From Candidatus Pacearchaeota archaeon (GTDB lineage: Archaea > Nanobdellota > Nanobdellia > Pacearchaeales > DTIR01), in contig JACRHU010000002.1 of the NCBI GenBank assembly GCA_016211995.1, positions 1 to 38,046 of the forward strand: 38,046 nucleotides of DNA. The letters are read 5' to 3'. The notes under the pieces are model-generated. The model saw only the letters and a program-made list of their open reading frames with translations. It made no database searches and was not told the origin of the DNA. Positions 19,287-27,130 of the stretch are shown here, in pieces (the first letter of the stretch is position 1; every line of letters begins with the position of its first letter). Position numbers and translations under genes: made by a program.

Positions 19287-19532
19287 TCACTCAACCTCTA
19301 TCCCAATTCTATAATATGCTCCTTCTTGTTGTGCATAAACAATCTTATAACCATAATTTTTTATGCTTTTAACAATATCGCCGCAAAAACTTTCATCAAT
19401 TATTGCCTCAAGAATCCTTTTTTTATTTTCTGATTGTATCTCCTCAATCTTTAAGATTATTTTTGTGAAATTCATAGGGCATACCTCTCCCCTCAAATCA
19501 AGAACTTCTTTTTCTTGTTTTTCTTCTGTCAT
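19287..19532 (-). CDS. tusA: TusA/SirA-family sulfurtransferase
   Basis: LDLRGEVCPMNF conserved Cys-Pro motif in an 81-aa protein. Confidence 0.7.
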   Translation of the reverse strand: MTEEKQEKEVLDLRGEVCPMNFTKIILKIEEIQSENKKRILEAIIDESFCGDIVKSIKNYGYKIVYAQQEGAYYRIGIEVE

Positions 19533-19647
19533 TTTAGTTGATAAGTTATGTTGCCTTCTATTTAAATTTCTGATAATATCGATATTCTTCTTTCAATTTA
19601 TGATAGTTATCTACTATCATTTTTATTCTTCTATCTTATTCTCTATT

Positions 19648-19875
19648 CTAAATCTGATACTCTGGAGCTGGAATTTTCCTGCCCCATTTTACGTTTTCCC
19701 ACGCCCTTTCATGATAATAATAAAGAACAAACCTAATAGCATGAAATGTCAAGGAGATTACACCTGTCTCTGCCCAATTGCCTGTAATAAAATATGTTAT
19801 AGCTCCGAGTATAATAATGCCTATTATACGCCATGTCAATGACTTCATAATGGATCTTTTTCTTGTGTCTCTCAT
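19648..19875 (-). CDS. DUF2061 small membrane protein
   Basis: SLTWRIIG...ITG...LTFHAIRFVLYYYHERAW pattern. Confidence 0.6.
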   Translation of the reverse strand: MRDTRKRSIMKSLTWRIIGIIILGAITYFITGNWAETGVISLTFHAIRFVLYYYHERAWENVKWGRKIPAPEYQI

Positions 19876-19883
19876 TTTATCAA

Positions 19884-19960
19884 AAAAACCTGTTGGTTTT
19901 TAGGATGCTAAAAACAGAAAACTGCATTCTTTAGATTGCAGATGAATGTTTTCTGTTTTT
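19884..19960 (+). repeat. Degenerate GGATCC-core hairpin-module element, copy R6
   Basis: AAAAACC-tgtt-GGTTTTT (19884-19901). Core GGATGC (19903-19908). 13-bp stem AAAAACAGAAAAC(19910)/GTTTTCTGTTTTT(19948). Confidence 0.65.
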
Positions 19961-19998
19961 TTCATAATATCACATTTTTTTAATAGATATGAGAAGAA

Positions 19999-20913
19999 TT
20001 ATGCCCAAAGTTCTGTACTCAGGTATCTTTCGCCTGTATCTGGCAATATAACTACAACCTTTTTTTTCTTCCCCAGTCTTTTTGCTACTTGCAATGCTGC
20101 AGAGACATTTGCCCCGGATGAGATTCCTGCAAAAATTCCTTCATATTTTGCAAGTTTTCTTGCAGTCTCCATTGCATCTTCATTTGAAACCTTTATTATC
20201 TCATCAACAAGTTTTGTATTCAGAACATTTGGGATAAATCCTGCACCAATTCCTTGTATTTTATGCGGTCCAGGTTTTTCTCCAGACAAAACAGCAGAGT
20301 CTTTTGGCTCTACTGCTATAATTTTTATTGAGCTATTTTTTTTCTTTAAAATTTCTCCTACACCGGTTATTGTTCCGCCTGTTCCAACACCTGCAACAAA
20401 TGCATCTAAATCAGGAACTTGCTCTAAAATTTCTTTTGCTGTTGTCTTACGATGAATTTCAGGATTTGCGAGATTGTTAAATTGTTGAGGCTGGAAATAA
20501 CTATATTTTTTTGCAAGCTCTTCTGCTTTTTCAACTGCCCCCCGCATTCCTTTTAAGCCCTCTGTTAATATTAGCTGTACACCAAATGCTTTCAATATTT
20601 TCCTTATTTCAATACTCATTGTTTCTGGCATTGTTACAATCAATTTATATCCTTTAACAGCACAAACAAATGCAAGTCCAATGCCTGTATTCCCCGATGT
20701 TGCTTCTATAATTGTTGAATTTTTTTTAAGCCTGCCTTGTTTCTCTGCAGATTCAATCATCGCTAGGCAAATTCTATCCTTCACAGAGCTCATAGGATTA
20801 AATGATTCTAGTTTGGCATAAATAGTTGCAGAATTTTTATCTGTTACTCTATTCAATCTAACAACTGGTGTGTCTCCTATAAGCTCCAGTATATTTTTTG
20901 CTACTTTTGCCAT
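19999..20913 (-). CDS. cysK: Cysteine synthase (O-acetylserine sulfhydrylase)
   Basis: PLP lysine [19 protein letters not shown], and [10 protein letters not shown]. Confidence 0.9.
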   Translation of the reverse strand: MAKVAKNILELIGDTPVVRLNRVTDKNSATIYAKLESFNPMSSVKDRICLAMIESAEKQGRLKKNSTIIEATSGNTGIGLAFVCAVKGYKLIVTMPETMSIEIRKILKAFGVQLILTEGLKGMRGAVEKAEELAKKYSYFQPQQFNNLANPEIHRKTTAKEILEQVPDLDAFVAGVGTGGTITGVGEILKKKNSSIKIIAVEPKDSAVLSGEKPGPHKIQGIGAGFIPNVLNTKLVDEIIKVSNEDAMETARKLAKYEGIFAGISSGANVSAALQVAKRLGKKKKVVVILPDTGERYLSTELWA

Positions 20914-20914
20914 T

Positions 20915-21205
20915 TTAATTTATATTTCCCCCATAAATATTATTTTGATTTTCATCTTTTATTAATGCTACATCTTTCCAGTAAACTATGAAGGTATGAG
21001 TATAAAGAGTATCTGGTTTTTCGCCCAGATAAAAAAAATCAGAAGAAACATGCTTCAAATATCCTTCTTTTTTAATTTCTGTATTCTCTCCGCATGTTAC
21101 TATTATCTTTTTCTCAAGATATTCTTCCAAGGTTTTACATGGAAATTTTTCTATTTCAGTTTTTTCTACTGTATTATTATTTTTTCTTCTTCCAAATATT
21201 TTCAT
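20915..21205 (-). CDS. Small hypothetical protein embedded in the sulfur operon
   Basis: I prefer the ATG at 21205, which forms an ATGA overlap with the cysH stop. The track start is a GTG 27 nt upstream. One-nt gap to the cysK ATG. No motif recognised. Confidence 0.5.
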   Translation of the reverse strand: MKIFGRRKNNNTVEKTEIEKFPCKTLEEYLEKKIIVTCGENTEIKKEGYLKHVSSDFFYLGEKPDTLYTHTFIVYWKDVALIKDENQNNIYGGNIN

Positions 21206-21936
21206 TTTAACCTTTTTGTGTGAATCCCACACTCGCCGCCATGCTTAGCTGTTCCTTGCCATCTTCCTGCTCTTTCTGATTCATCTTCATCTGTAACTTT
21301 TGAGCATGGCGCACATCCAAGGCTCCTATAACCTTCTGCATACAAAGGATTTGCAGGAATTTGGTTTATAGCAAGATACCTCCATACATCAAGCTCTGTC
21401 CATTCAAGAATAGGATTTATTTTTGTTATGTTTCCTATTATTTCAATTTCTTGAAAATTTTCTCTAGTGAATCCTTCTGTCTTCCTTAAACCTGCAATCC
21501 ATGCATCTAAATTTTTAACAGCTTCCTGAGTTGGCACAACTTTTAAAAGCCCGCAGCATTCATCTGGGCACACAGAATACATCTCCTTGTTTAGTTCTTT
21601 CCTTACATAATCTGATTCTTTTTCAAAATCTTCATAAGGCAATAAAACAACATTCACTTGTTCTAGAATTTCAGGAGTCTCTTTTGCAACAACATAGACA
21701 AGAGTATTAAGATCAAATTTTTTATTTATCTCAACAAGATATTCCAAAGTTTTTTGGGGTTTATAAATTGTCATGATTGAAAATACTGAAATTTCGGGAG
21801 CAACTGTTCTTGCTAGATGAACAGTAACCATACTATCCTTCCCGAAAGAACAGCCAACAGCTATCCTTTCATATTTTTTTGCACTTTCAGCTATTAATTC
21901 TTTTGAATGTTCTATTTTGTCTATAAACGTTGCCAT
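21202..21936 (-). CDS. cysH: Phosphoadenylyl-sulfate / adenylyl-sulfate reductase (CysH family, Fe-S type Cys pattern)
   Basis: SFGKDSMV, C-terminal catalytic ECGIH, and the ECCGLLKV plus SLGCAPCS Cys pairs typical of the APS-reductase subclass. Confidence 0.85.
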   Translation of the reverse strand: MATFIDKIEHSKELIAESAKKYERIAVGCSFGKDSMVTVHLARTVAPEISVFSIMTIYKPQKTLEYLVEINKKFDLNTLVYVVAKETPEILEQVNVVLLPYEDFEKESDYVRKELNKEMYSVCPDECCGLLKVVPTQEAVKNLDAWIAGLRKTEGFTRENFQEIEIIGNITKINPILEWTELDVWRYLAINQIPANPLYAEGYRSLGCAPCSKVTDEDESERAGRWQGTAKHGGECGIHTKRLK

Positions 21937-21945
21937 TTTTCTTGT

Positions 21946-22218
21946 TTATCCTCCGGCTATGCTTGGAATTATACTTATAACACTACTGTCTTTAAGTTTT
22001 GTTTCTAAATTATCCAAAAACCTTATATCCTCGTCATCTACATATATGTTAATAAATTTGTGGAGTCTTCCTTCTGTATCATAAAGTCTTGCTTTTATTG
22101 GGTGCTCTTCAAAAAATTTATCTAAAACTTCTTTTACTGTTTTCCCTTCATAGCCTTCATAACTCAATTCCCTTTCTCCTTTTTCAGCTAGAACAGCCGG
22201 CAATCTTATAGTTACCAT
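21946..22218 (-). CDS. MoaD/ThiS-family ubiquitin-like sulfur carrier ending in GG
   Basis: 90 aa. The C-terminus ...IIPSIAGG runs directly into the stop. FINIYVDDEDI is a beta-grasp-like pattern. Confidence 0.8.
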   Translation of the reverse strand: MVTIRLPAVLAEKGERELSYEGYEGKTVKEVLDKFFEEHPIKARLYDTEGRLHKFINIYVDDEDIRFLDNLETKLKDSSVISIIPSIAGG

Positions 22219-22232
22219 TTTTCCTTTTTAAT

Positions 22233-22442
22233 TTATATTGAATAATTATCATGGGGCTCTAATGTATTGATCTTTTTTATCTCGAGGCTATTCTTTTTTT
22301 CCTCTATGCTAACCTCTTCACCATCTGAGAGCTGGTATTTTCTAACAATTGATTTGGGAATTCTTAAGCCGAGATTTAAACCCCATCTTGTTAATTTCAC
22401 CACATAAGCTCTTCCTTTCTTTTCAGTCCCTTTCCAAGCCAT
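22233..22442 (-). CDS. AbrB/SpoVT-domain DNA-binding protein
   Basis: GLRIPKSIVRKYQLSDGEEVSIE swapped-hairpin motif. I prefer the ATG at 22442 because the track start at 22463 is a TTG inside a palindrome pair. Confidence 0.55.
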   Translation of the reverse strand: MAWKGTEKKGRAYVVKLTRWGLNLGLRIPKSIVRKYQLSDGEEVSIEEKKNSLEIKKINTLEPHDNYSI

Positions 22443-22443
22443 A

Positions 22444-22463
22444 TTGATATCAATTGATATCAA
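22444..22463. promoter_or_regulatory. Two abutting perfect 10-bp palindromes TTGATATCAA (operator candidate)
   Basis: TTGATATCAATTGATATCAA lies immediately upstream of the ATG at 22442 on the minus strand. A direct repeat TAGAATATATA x2 follows at 22483-22507 in the AT-rich promoter region. Confidence 0.5.
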
Positions 22464-22520
22464 TTTAAAAAGCTTTATATTATAGAATATATAGTTTAGA
22501 ATATATATTAATCATAAAGA

Positions 22521-23282
22521 TTAGTAAAAAATCTCACCGGTTACTATTTTTTCCAAGCTGGATGTTATCAGAAATCCGTTTTCATCTATTTCTTTTATTG
22601 TAACCTGCTTTTCTTCATTTTTTAACATAGGATTTCTTACACTTACTGTTCTTCCAATTGTTGTTGACATGCTTTTCCATTTTTCAAGAATTTTTTCATA
22701 CTGCTTTTCAACTAGAAGATTATAATTCTCATCAAAATTTGAAAGAAGAGAGATAATAAAGTTATCATTGTCAATTTTTTTTCCTGTTTCAAGATGGATG
22801 GATGTTGGGTGAAGCATGAATTCTCCTTCAAACTTGTCTGTATTTGTATTTATTCCTGTGCCTATAATGTAATAGTTTCCTAATTTTTCAGTTAATATGC
22901 CTGAAATTTTTTTTCCATTAATAAGAATATCATTAGGCCATTTAATTTCTGCTTCTGAAAGATAGTTTCTAATGGCTTCACAGCTTGCAACTCCAGCCAT
23001 CAGGCTTAATATGCCCTGTTTTTTAAGTTCTATTTCTCTGAACAAGATAATTGATAAATAAACTCCTCCAAATGGGGAAAACCAGTTCCTGTTATATCTT
23101 CCTTTTCCTGCTGTTTGTTGCTCTGCTATTATTACTGTGCCGTCTGCCGTCTCTTGCTCAATAAGTTTTCTTGCATCTTCCATTGTAGAATCTGTCGTAT
23201 CTAGATAAAGAATTTCTGAACCGATGTATCTACATGGATTAATTGCAGATTTTATTAAATAATCTTTTTCTACTAGTCTCAT
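22521..23282 (-). CDS. birA: Biotin-[acetyl-CoA-carboxylase] ligase
   Basis: GKGRYNRNWFSPFGG, and KWPNDILINGKKISGIL. Confidence 0.88.
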   Translation of the reverse strand: MRLVEKDYLIKSAINPCRYIGSEILYLDTTDSTMEDARKLIEQETADGTVIIAEQQTAGKGRYNRNWFSPFGGVYLSIILFREIELKKQGILSLMAGVASCEAIRNYLSEAEIKWPNDILINGKKISGILTEKLGNYYIIGTGINTNTDKFEGEFMLHPTSIHLETGKKIDNDNFIISLLSNFDENYNLLVEKQYEKILEKWKSMSTTIGRTVSVRNPMLKNEEKQVTIKEIDENGFLITSSLEKIVTGEIFY

Positions 23283-23397
23283 TTTAATCTTTAAAATTTT
23301 AATAGTTAATGTTCAAGCCGCATGATGGCTTACAATTGTCCGAGACTATCAGGCTCGGGTTAGTATTATTTATTGATGGTTTTTAAATCATTGGGTT

Positions 23398-23958
23398 TCA
23401 TTTCAGTCCTATCAATTTACCCCCCCTGTAAATTGTTTGACCATCATCGAAATAAATTTTAGCTATTATTCCGTCCAAAGTTGAAGGAATTTCTTCTTTC
23501 TGTTTCATTATTGAGGCAATGCAAACAATTTGGTTTTTAGCTATTTTATCTCCTACCTTGATATATGGTTCTGCCCCGGGGTATGGTGCTCGAAAATAAT
23601 CGCACTCGAATGCTGCAGTGATAAAAGAATAATGTTTTTCCTCCCATTCCTCTCTTAAATTAATCATTACAGTATGCTCGATTGAGACTAAAGGAACATT
23701 GAATTGTGCAAATCTTGGAATTTTAATATTTTCTGTGAGATAATAGGGTGCTACTTCTGATATAATTCCTTTAAAATCTGATTTAATTTCTTTTTCTGTA
23801 CCAACACGAGTTATTTTATACAGCACATCACCAATATTAATCTGTTGTCCTTTTTTTACTAGAATTTTTGGATAACCTGTATGTATTGTTCTGTATTCCT
23901 TAATTCTTTTTTCTGCTCTGTATAAATTTGGCGCAGGAGGTTCTTCAGCTTGTGTCAT
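23398..23958 (-). CDS. accB: Biotin carboxyl carrier protein-like, tandem biotinyl-type domains (first one degenerate)
   Basis: The C-terminal VGDKIAKNQIVCIASIMKQKEEIPSTLDGII retains the M-K biotinylation dipeptide. The N-terminal INIGDVLYKITRVGTEKEIKSDFKGII is hammerhead-like and has no M-K. Confidence 0.7.
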   Translation of the reverse strand: MTQAEEPPAPNLYRAEKRIKEYRTIHTGYPKILVKKGQQINIGDVLYKITRVGTEKEIKSDFKGIISEVAPYYLTENIKIPRFAQFNVPLVSIEHTVMINLREEWEEKHYSFITAAFECDYFRAPYPGAEPYIKVGDKIAKNQIVCIASIMKQKEEIPSTLDGIIAKIYFDDGQTIYRGGKLIGLK

Positions 23959-23984
23959 TTTAATTTTTAATTTAATACATTTAT

Positions 23985-26045
23985 TTAATATAGAGAGATT
24001 ATTTTTTCTAGTGTTTTTTTGAGATTATGCCTATGCGCAACTAAATCTAAAACACCCCTTTTCTCAGCCTCTTCTGCAAATCTAAATTCTTTTTTAATTT
24101 CCTCTCCTATTGTTTTTTTAATAACATCCTCGCCTGCAAAACCAATCATTGCATTTTTTTCTGCTATCACAAAGTCTGCATTGCCTGCATAGCTCGCAAG
24201 AATTCCTGCCATTGTTGGATCTAATAGGACGGAAATTAAGGGTATGCCTTCTTCTTTGAGAAGAGAGCAAGCTTGACTTGAAGTTATCATTTGTGCTACA
24301 CCAATAGGGCCTTCTTCAAGCCTTATTCCGCCGCCTTTATTGAACATTATAACAGGAACAATTTTTCCTGCTGATTTGTATTCCACTGCTTTTTTTACTG
24401 CTCTCACAATTTTTTCGCTTTCTGCTGATGCAAAACTTCCTCCTCTAAAATCATTTTGTGTTAATATTGCAATTATCTCCTTTCCCCCAATTTTTGCTTT
24501 TCCAGATATTAACGCTGAACCTGTTCCTGCTTTTTTTCTTGCCTCTTCTAAAAGTTTTTCAGAACCTTCAAAGCCTATTGCATTTATTGATTCTATAGTG
24601 TAGTCAAATTCCTCGAAAGAATTTTTGTCTAATATATTCTCAATATAAAATTCCAAAGGCATCCTGAAATGATAGTCACAATTTGGACAGACACCTTGAT
24701 ATTTATGAAAAAGAGTTCTTGGGTGCATATCCTTGCAGTTTTTTTCTTGATTATTAGGGCAGCTCTCCCATTTTTTTGTTTCTTCGCTAACCCAATTTTT
24801 AAATCTTTTTGAGAATTTTTGTTGTTTTTGTGGTTTGCCTTCAGAAAATCTTTCTACTTGCCTGTATTTTTCAAGCCTTCTTTGGATTACCTCTTTTTTA
24901 TTTTTAAAGCTTTTTTCCTCTAATAAGTTTAAATTTCGGAGAATAGATTCTTTAACTTCTTCATATACAAGTTTAGGATTGCTGTGCACCCCATAAAGGG
25001 GCTCTTCTATAACCTCATCTGCTATTTTAAATTCCAAACAATCTTTTGCTGAAAACCTTAAATTTTTTGCTGCATATTCTAAGTCATCTTTGTTTGAGGG
25101 GTCTAATTTAACTCTCTCTCCTTTTTCATTTGTTTTTTTTAGGATTCCACAAGCACCTTCTGGAGAAATAACAGAAAAATAGGAGTTGCTTAGCATTAAC
25201 ATTTTGTCTGCAGCGCCTATTCCAACTGCTCCACCAGAACCTCCCTCGCCTACTACAACAGAGATTATTGGAACAGTGAGCTGGCCCATTTTTCTTATGC
25301 TCTTTGATATTTCCTGAGCTTGTATATCTGTAACTAAATCATCTACCTTAATTTTTATCTTATATGGAGACTCATTTACCTGTATTTCAACCTCTTTGTC
25401 TTCATCGCCTACAAGTGTTCTTTTTCCATCAATAGAAATAGAGACATTTCCACTCAAAGTTTCTTTAATTGGATTTGCTCCTGGTGTATCTATAAAAGTT
25501 ATTAGCGGAAGATTTAATTGTTCTGCAATTTCCATTAGTCTTTGGCTTTTTCTATAGCCTGCTGGTTTCATTACCCCGCCTTCACGGTAATGTGCATCTT
25601 CTCCAAGTATGCCTTTTTCCTGCCCCATGATTACAAACTTTCTATTTCCAAGCCTAGCTATTCCGCCAATCACAGAAGGATCAGGGCTTGTATCTTTTTC
25701 TCCTACTAATTCTGTAAAGTCATCAAAAATTGCTCTTATATAATCAGAAGTTTTTGGCCTAGCAGGATGCCTTGAAAGCTTAAATCTTTGATATGCAGAA
25801 AGATTTGAGAAAGTTTTGTTAGCGATCTCTTCTAAATAAGCTATAGGCTCAGCAGCTTGATTGATAAAGTCTGCCAGTTTACTTGGGTCTGAAGAGAGTT
25901 TATCCTTAGAGTTTATTATATCCTGGACTTTCTCTTTGTCATAAGGAACTTCTAAATAACTCAAATCTTGTACTATTCCATAAATGGTATCAAGTTTAGT
26001 CACTATCGCCTCCAAAGCAGCATATTCTGCCTTTGACAATTTCAT
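23985..26045 (-). CDS. accAD: Acetyl-CoA carboxylase carboxyltransferase, fused alpha (N-terminal) and beta (C-terminal) subunits
   Basis: AccA blocks RHPARPKTSDYI..FDDFTEL, TFIDTPGA, VVGEGGSGGA and VISPEG. AccD blocks VCPNCDYHFRMP and GGSFASAE. About 45 aa are inserted after TFIDTPGA. Confidence 0.85.
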   Translation of the reverse strand: MKLSKAEYAALEAIVTKLDTIYGIVQDLSYLEVPYDKEKVQDIINSKDKLSSDPSKLADFINQAAEPIAYLEEIANKTFSNLSAYQRFKLSRHPARPKTSDYIRAIFDDFTELVGEKDTSPDPSVIGGIARLGNRKFVIMGQEKGILGEDAHYREGGVMKPAGYRKSQRLMEIAEQLNLPLITFIDTPGANPIKETLSGNVSISIDGKRTLVGDEDKEVEIQVNESPYKIKIKVDDLVTDIQAQEISKSIRKMGQLTVPIISVVVGEGGSGGAVGIGAADKMLMLSNSYFSVISPEGACGILKKTNEKGERVKLDPSNKDDLEYAAKNLRFSAKDCLEFKIADEVIEEPLYGVHSNPKLVYEEVKESILRNLNLLEEKSFKNKKEVIQRRLEKYRQVERFSEGKPQKQQKFSKRFKNWVSEETKKWESCPNNQEKNCKDMHPRTLFHKYQGVCPNCDYHFRMPLEFYIENILDKNSFEEFDYTIESINAIGFEGSEKLLEEARKKAGTGSALISGKAKIGGKEIIAILTQNDFRGGSFASAESEKIVRAVKKAVEYKSAGKIVPVIMFNKGGGIRLEEGPIGVAQMITSSQACSLLKEEGIPLISVLLDPTMAGILASYAGNADFVIAEKNAMIGFAGEDVIKKTIGEEIKKEFRFAEEAEKRGVLDLVAHRHNLKKTLEKIISLY

Positions 26046-26293
26046 TTTTCATCTGCCATAACAGAAACAACAAACTTAAAAAGTTTTATTTTCTGCACTA
26101 TACAGGTTAAAATTAAGGATAAATGAACCAACTGCATCGCAGGGAGGAAGATTATTTGAGAACTTGCTCATTGAGTATTAAAATTTAGACTTTTTAGAAA
26201 CTCATCAAATGATTTTGCAAGTTCTGGGAATCTTTTAATCATTCTCTTTATTCTTCTTTTATATTTGGGATTTTCAAAAAATTCCTTTGTTTT

Positions 26294-26315
26294 ACCACAC
26301 ACTAAAGTGTGTGGT
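26294..26315. terminator. 9-bp stem hairpin downstream of mazF
   Basis: ACCACACAC-taaa-GTGTGTGGT, with T-rich runs nearby on both strands. Confidence 0.4.
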
Positions 26316-26343
26316 TTGTTTTTAGGGAGAGGATTTTTTAGCA

Positions 26344-26679
26344 TTAAAATATTCTAAGAATTTCTTTCTTAATCCTATCAAATGTTTTATCATTAACAAC
26401 ACCTATCTTCATTATTGCTAAGTTCTTTTCTACTGTGAAAAGTTTATCTGCTCTTACTCTGCTTGACCTTAGTAATCTGCCGGCAGATAAATCTTCTTGG
26501 TTTATTATAACTGAAAAAGGCTCTTCTTTTATTATTGTTGTTAGGGGAACCATTATGCAATCATCTGACTTTTTATTAAAAGAATCATTTGATACAACAA
26601 GAGCTGGACGAACTTTGGTTCCTTCCAAATTTGAGAAAGGAAAAGGCAATAAAACTAAATCCTTTTGTTGAACATTCAT
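26344..26679 (-). CDS. mazF: MazF/PemK-family toxin endoribonuclease
   Basis: LVLLPFPFSNLEGTKVRPALVVS... ATGA overlap with the upstream antitoxin gene. Confidence 0.85.
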   Translation of the reverse strand: MNVQQKDLVLLPFPFSNLEGTKVRPALVVSNDSFNKKSDDCIMVPLTTIIKEEPFSVIINQEDLSAGRLLRSSRVRADKLFTVEKNLAIMKIGVVNDKTFDRIKKEILRIF

Positions 26680-26930
26680 TTTAGATATCTACTCCAGATA
26701 TCATCTTTTTTATTACCCCAAATTTTTCTTAGTGATCTTTCGCTAAATTTTAACAAGTCTCTAAAATCATCTTTCGCTTTTTCCTCTGTTCTTTGTGCCT
26801 TTTCAAGCAAGAGTTTTCCATCTAGCTGAAATAGGACTAAATCGTCTCCCTTAACAATTCCTAATTTTTCTCTTATGGATTGTGGGATAGCAATCTGCCC
26901 TTTATCTGAAACTTTTACTGTCTTCATCAT
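26676..26930 (-). CDS. mazE: AbrB/MazE-type antitoxin
   Basis: VKVSDKGQIAIPQSIREKLGIVKGDDLVL SpoVT/AbrB fold. 84 aa. Confidence 0.8.
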   Translation of the reverse strand: MMKTVKVSDKGQIAIPQSIREKLGIVKGDDLVLFQLDGKLLLEKAQRTEEKAKDDFRDLLKFSERSLRKIWGNKKDDIWSRYLK

Positions 26931-26954
26931 TTTTATTTTCTCCTTTATTACTCA

Positions 26955-26974
26955 AAGTAAGAATTTTCTTACTT
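26955..26974. promoter_or_regulatory. 9-bp inverted repeat upstream of mazE (autoregulatory operator candidate)
   Basis: AAGTAAGAA-tt-TTCTTACTT lies 25-44 nt upstream of the mazE ATG. A minus-strand TTTATAA overlaps and extends past its distal end. Confidence 0.45.
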
Positions 26975-27130
26975 ATAAATCTTTTGGTTTGTTTGTTTTC
27001 TTTAGTTTTTATACCTCGAAAATATCCGCCAAGTTTTTTCCTCTTTTTGTCTCTAGCTCCTTTTGGTCTGCCTAAAGGCTTACCTTTATATCTCCGAAAG
27101 GTTTTTATTTAGAAAGAAAGTTCTCACTGA

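Noticed and set aside
26170-26290. Minus-strand reading frame KGIFENPKYKRRIKRMIKRFPELAKSFDEFLKSLNFNTQ, resembling the N-terminus of a RelE/ParE-type toxin, downstream of mazF.
   Set aside because: It is bounded by a stop just upstream, and the only ATG gives 24 aa. At most it is a decayed remnant, and the evidence is too weak to annotate as a pseudogene.
26990-27100. Minus-strand basic peptide frame (KGKPLGRPKGARDKKRKKLGGYF), reminiscent of a recombinase or HTH tail, upstream of mazE.
   Set aside because: There is no start codon in the open stretch, it is not in frame with mazE, and it is short and low-complexity.
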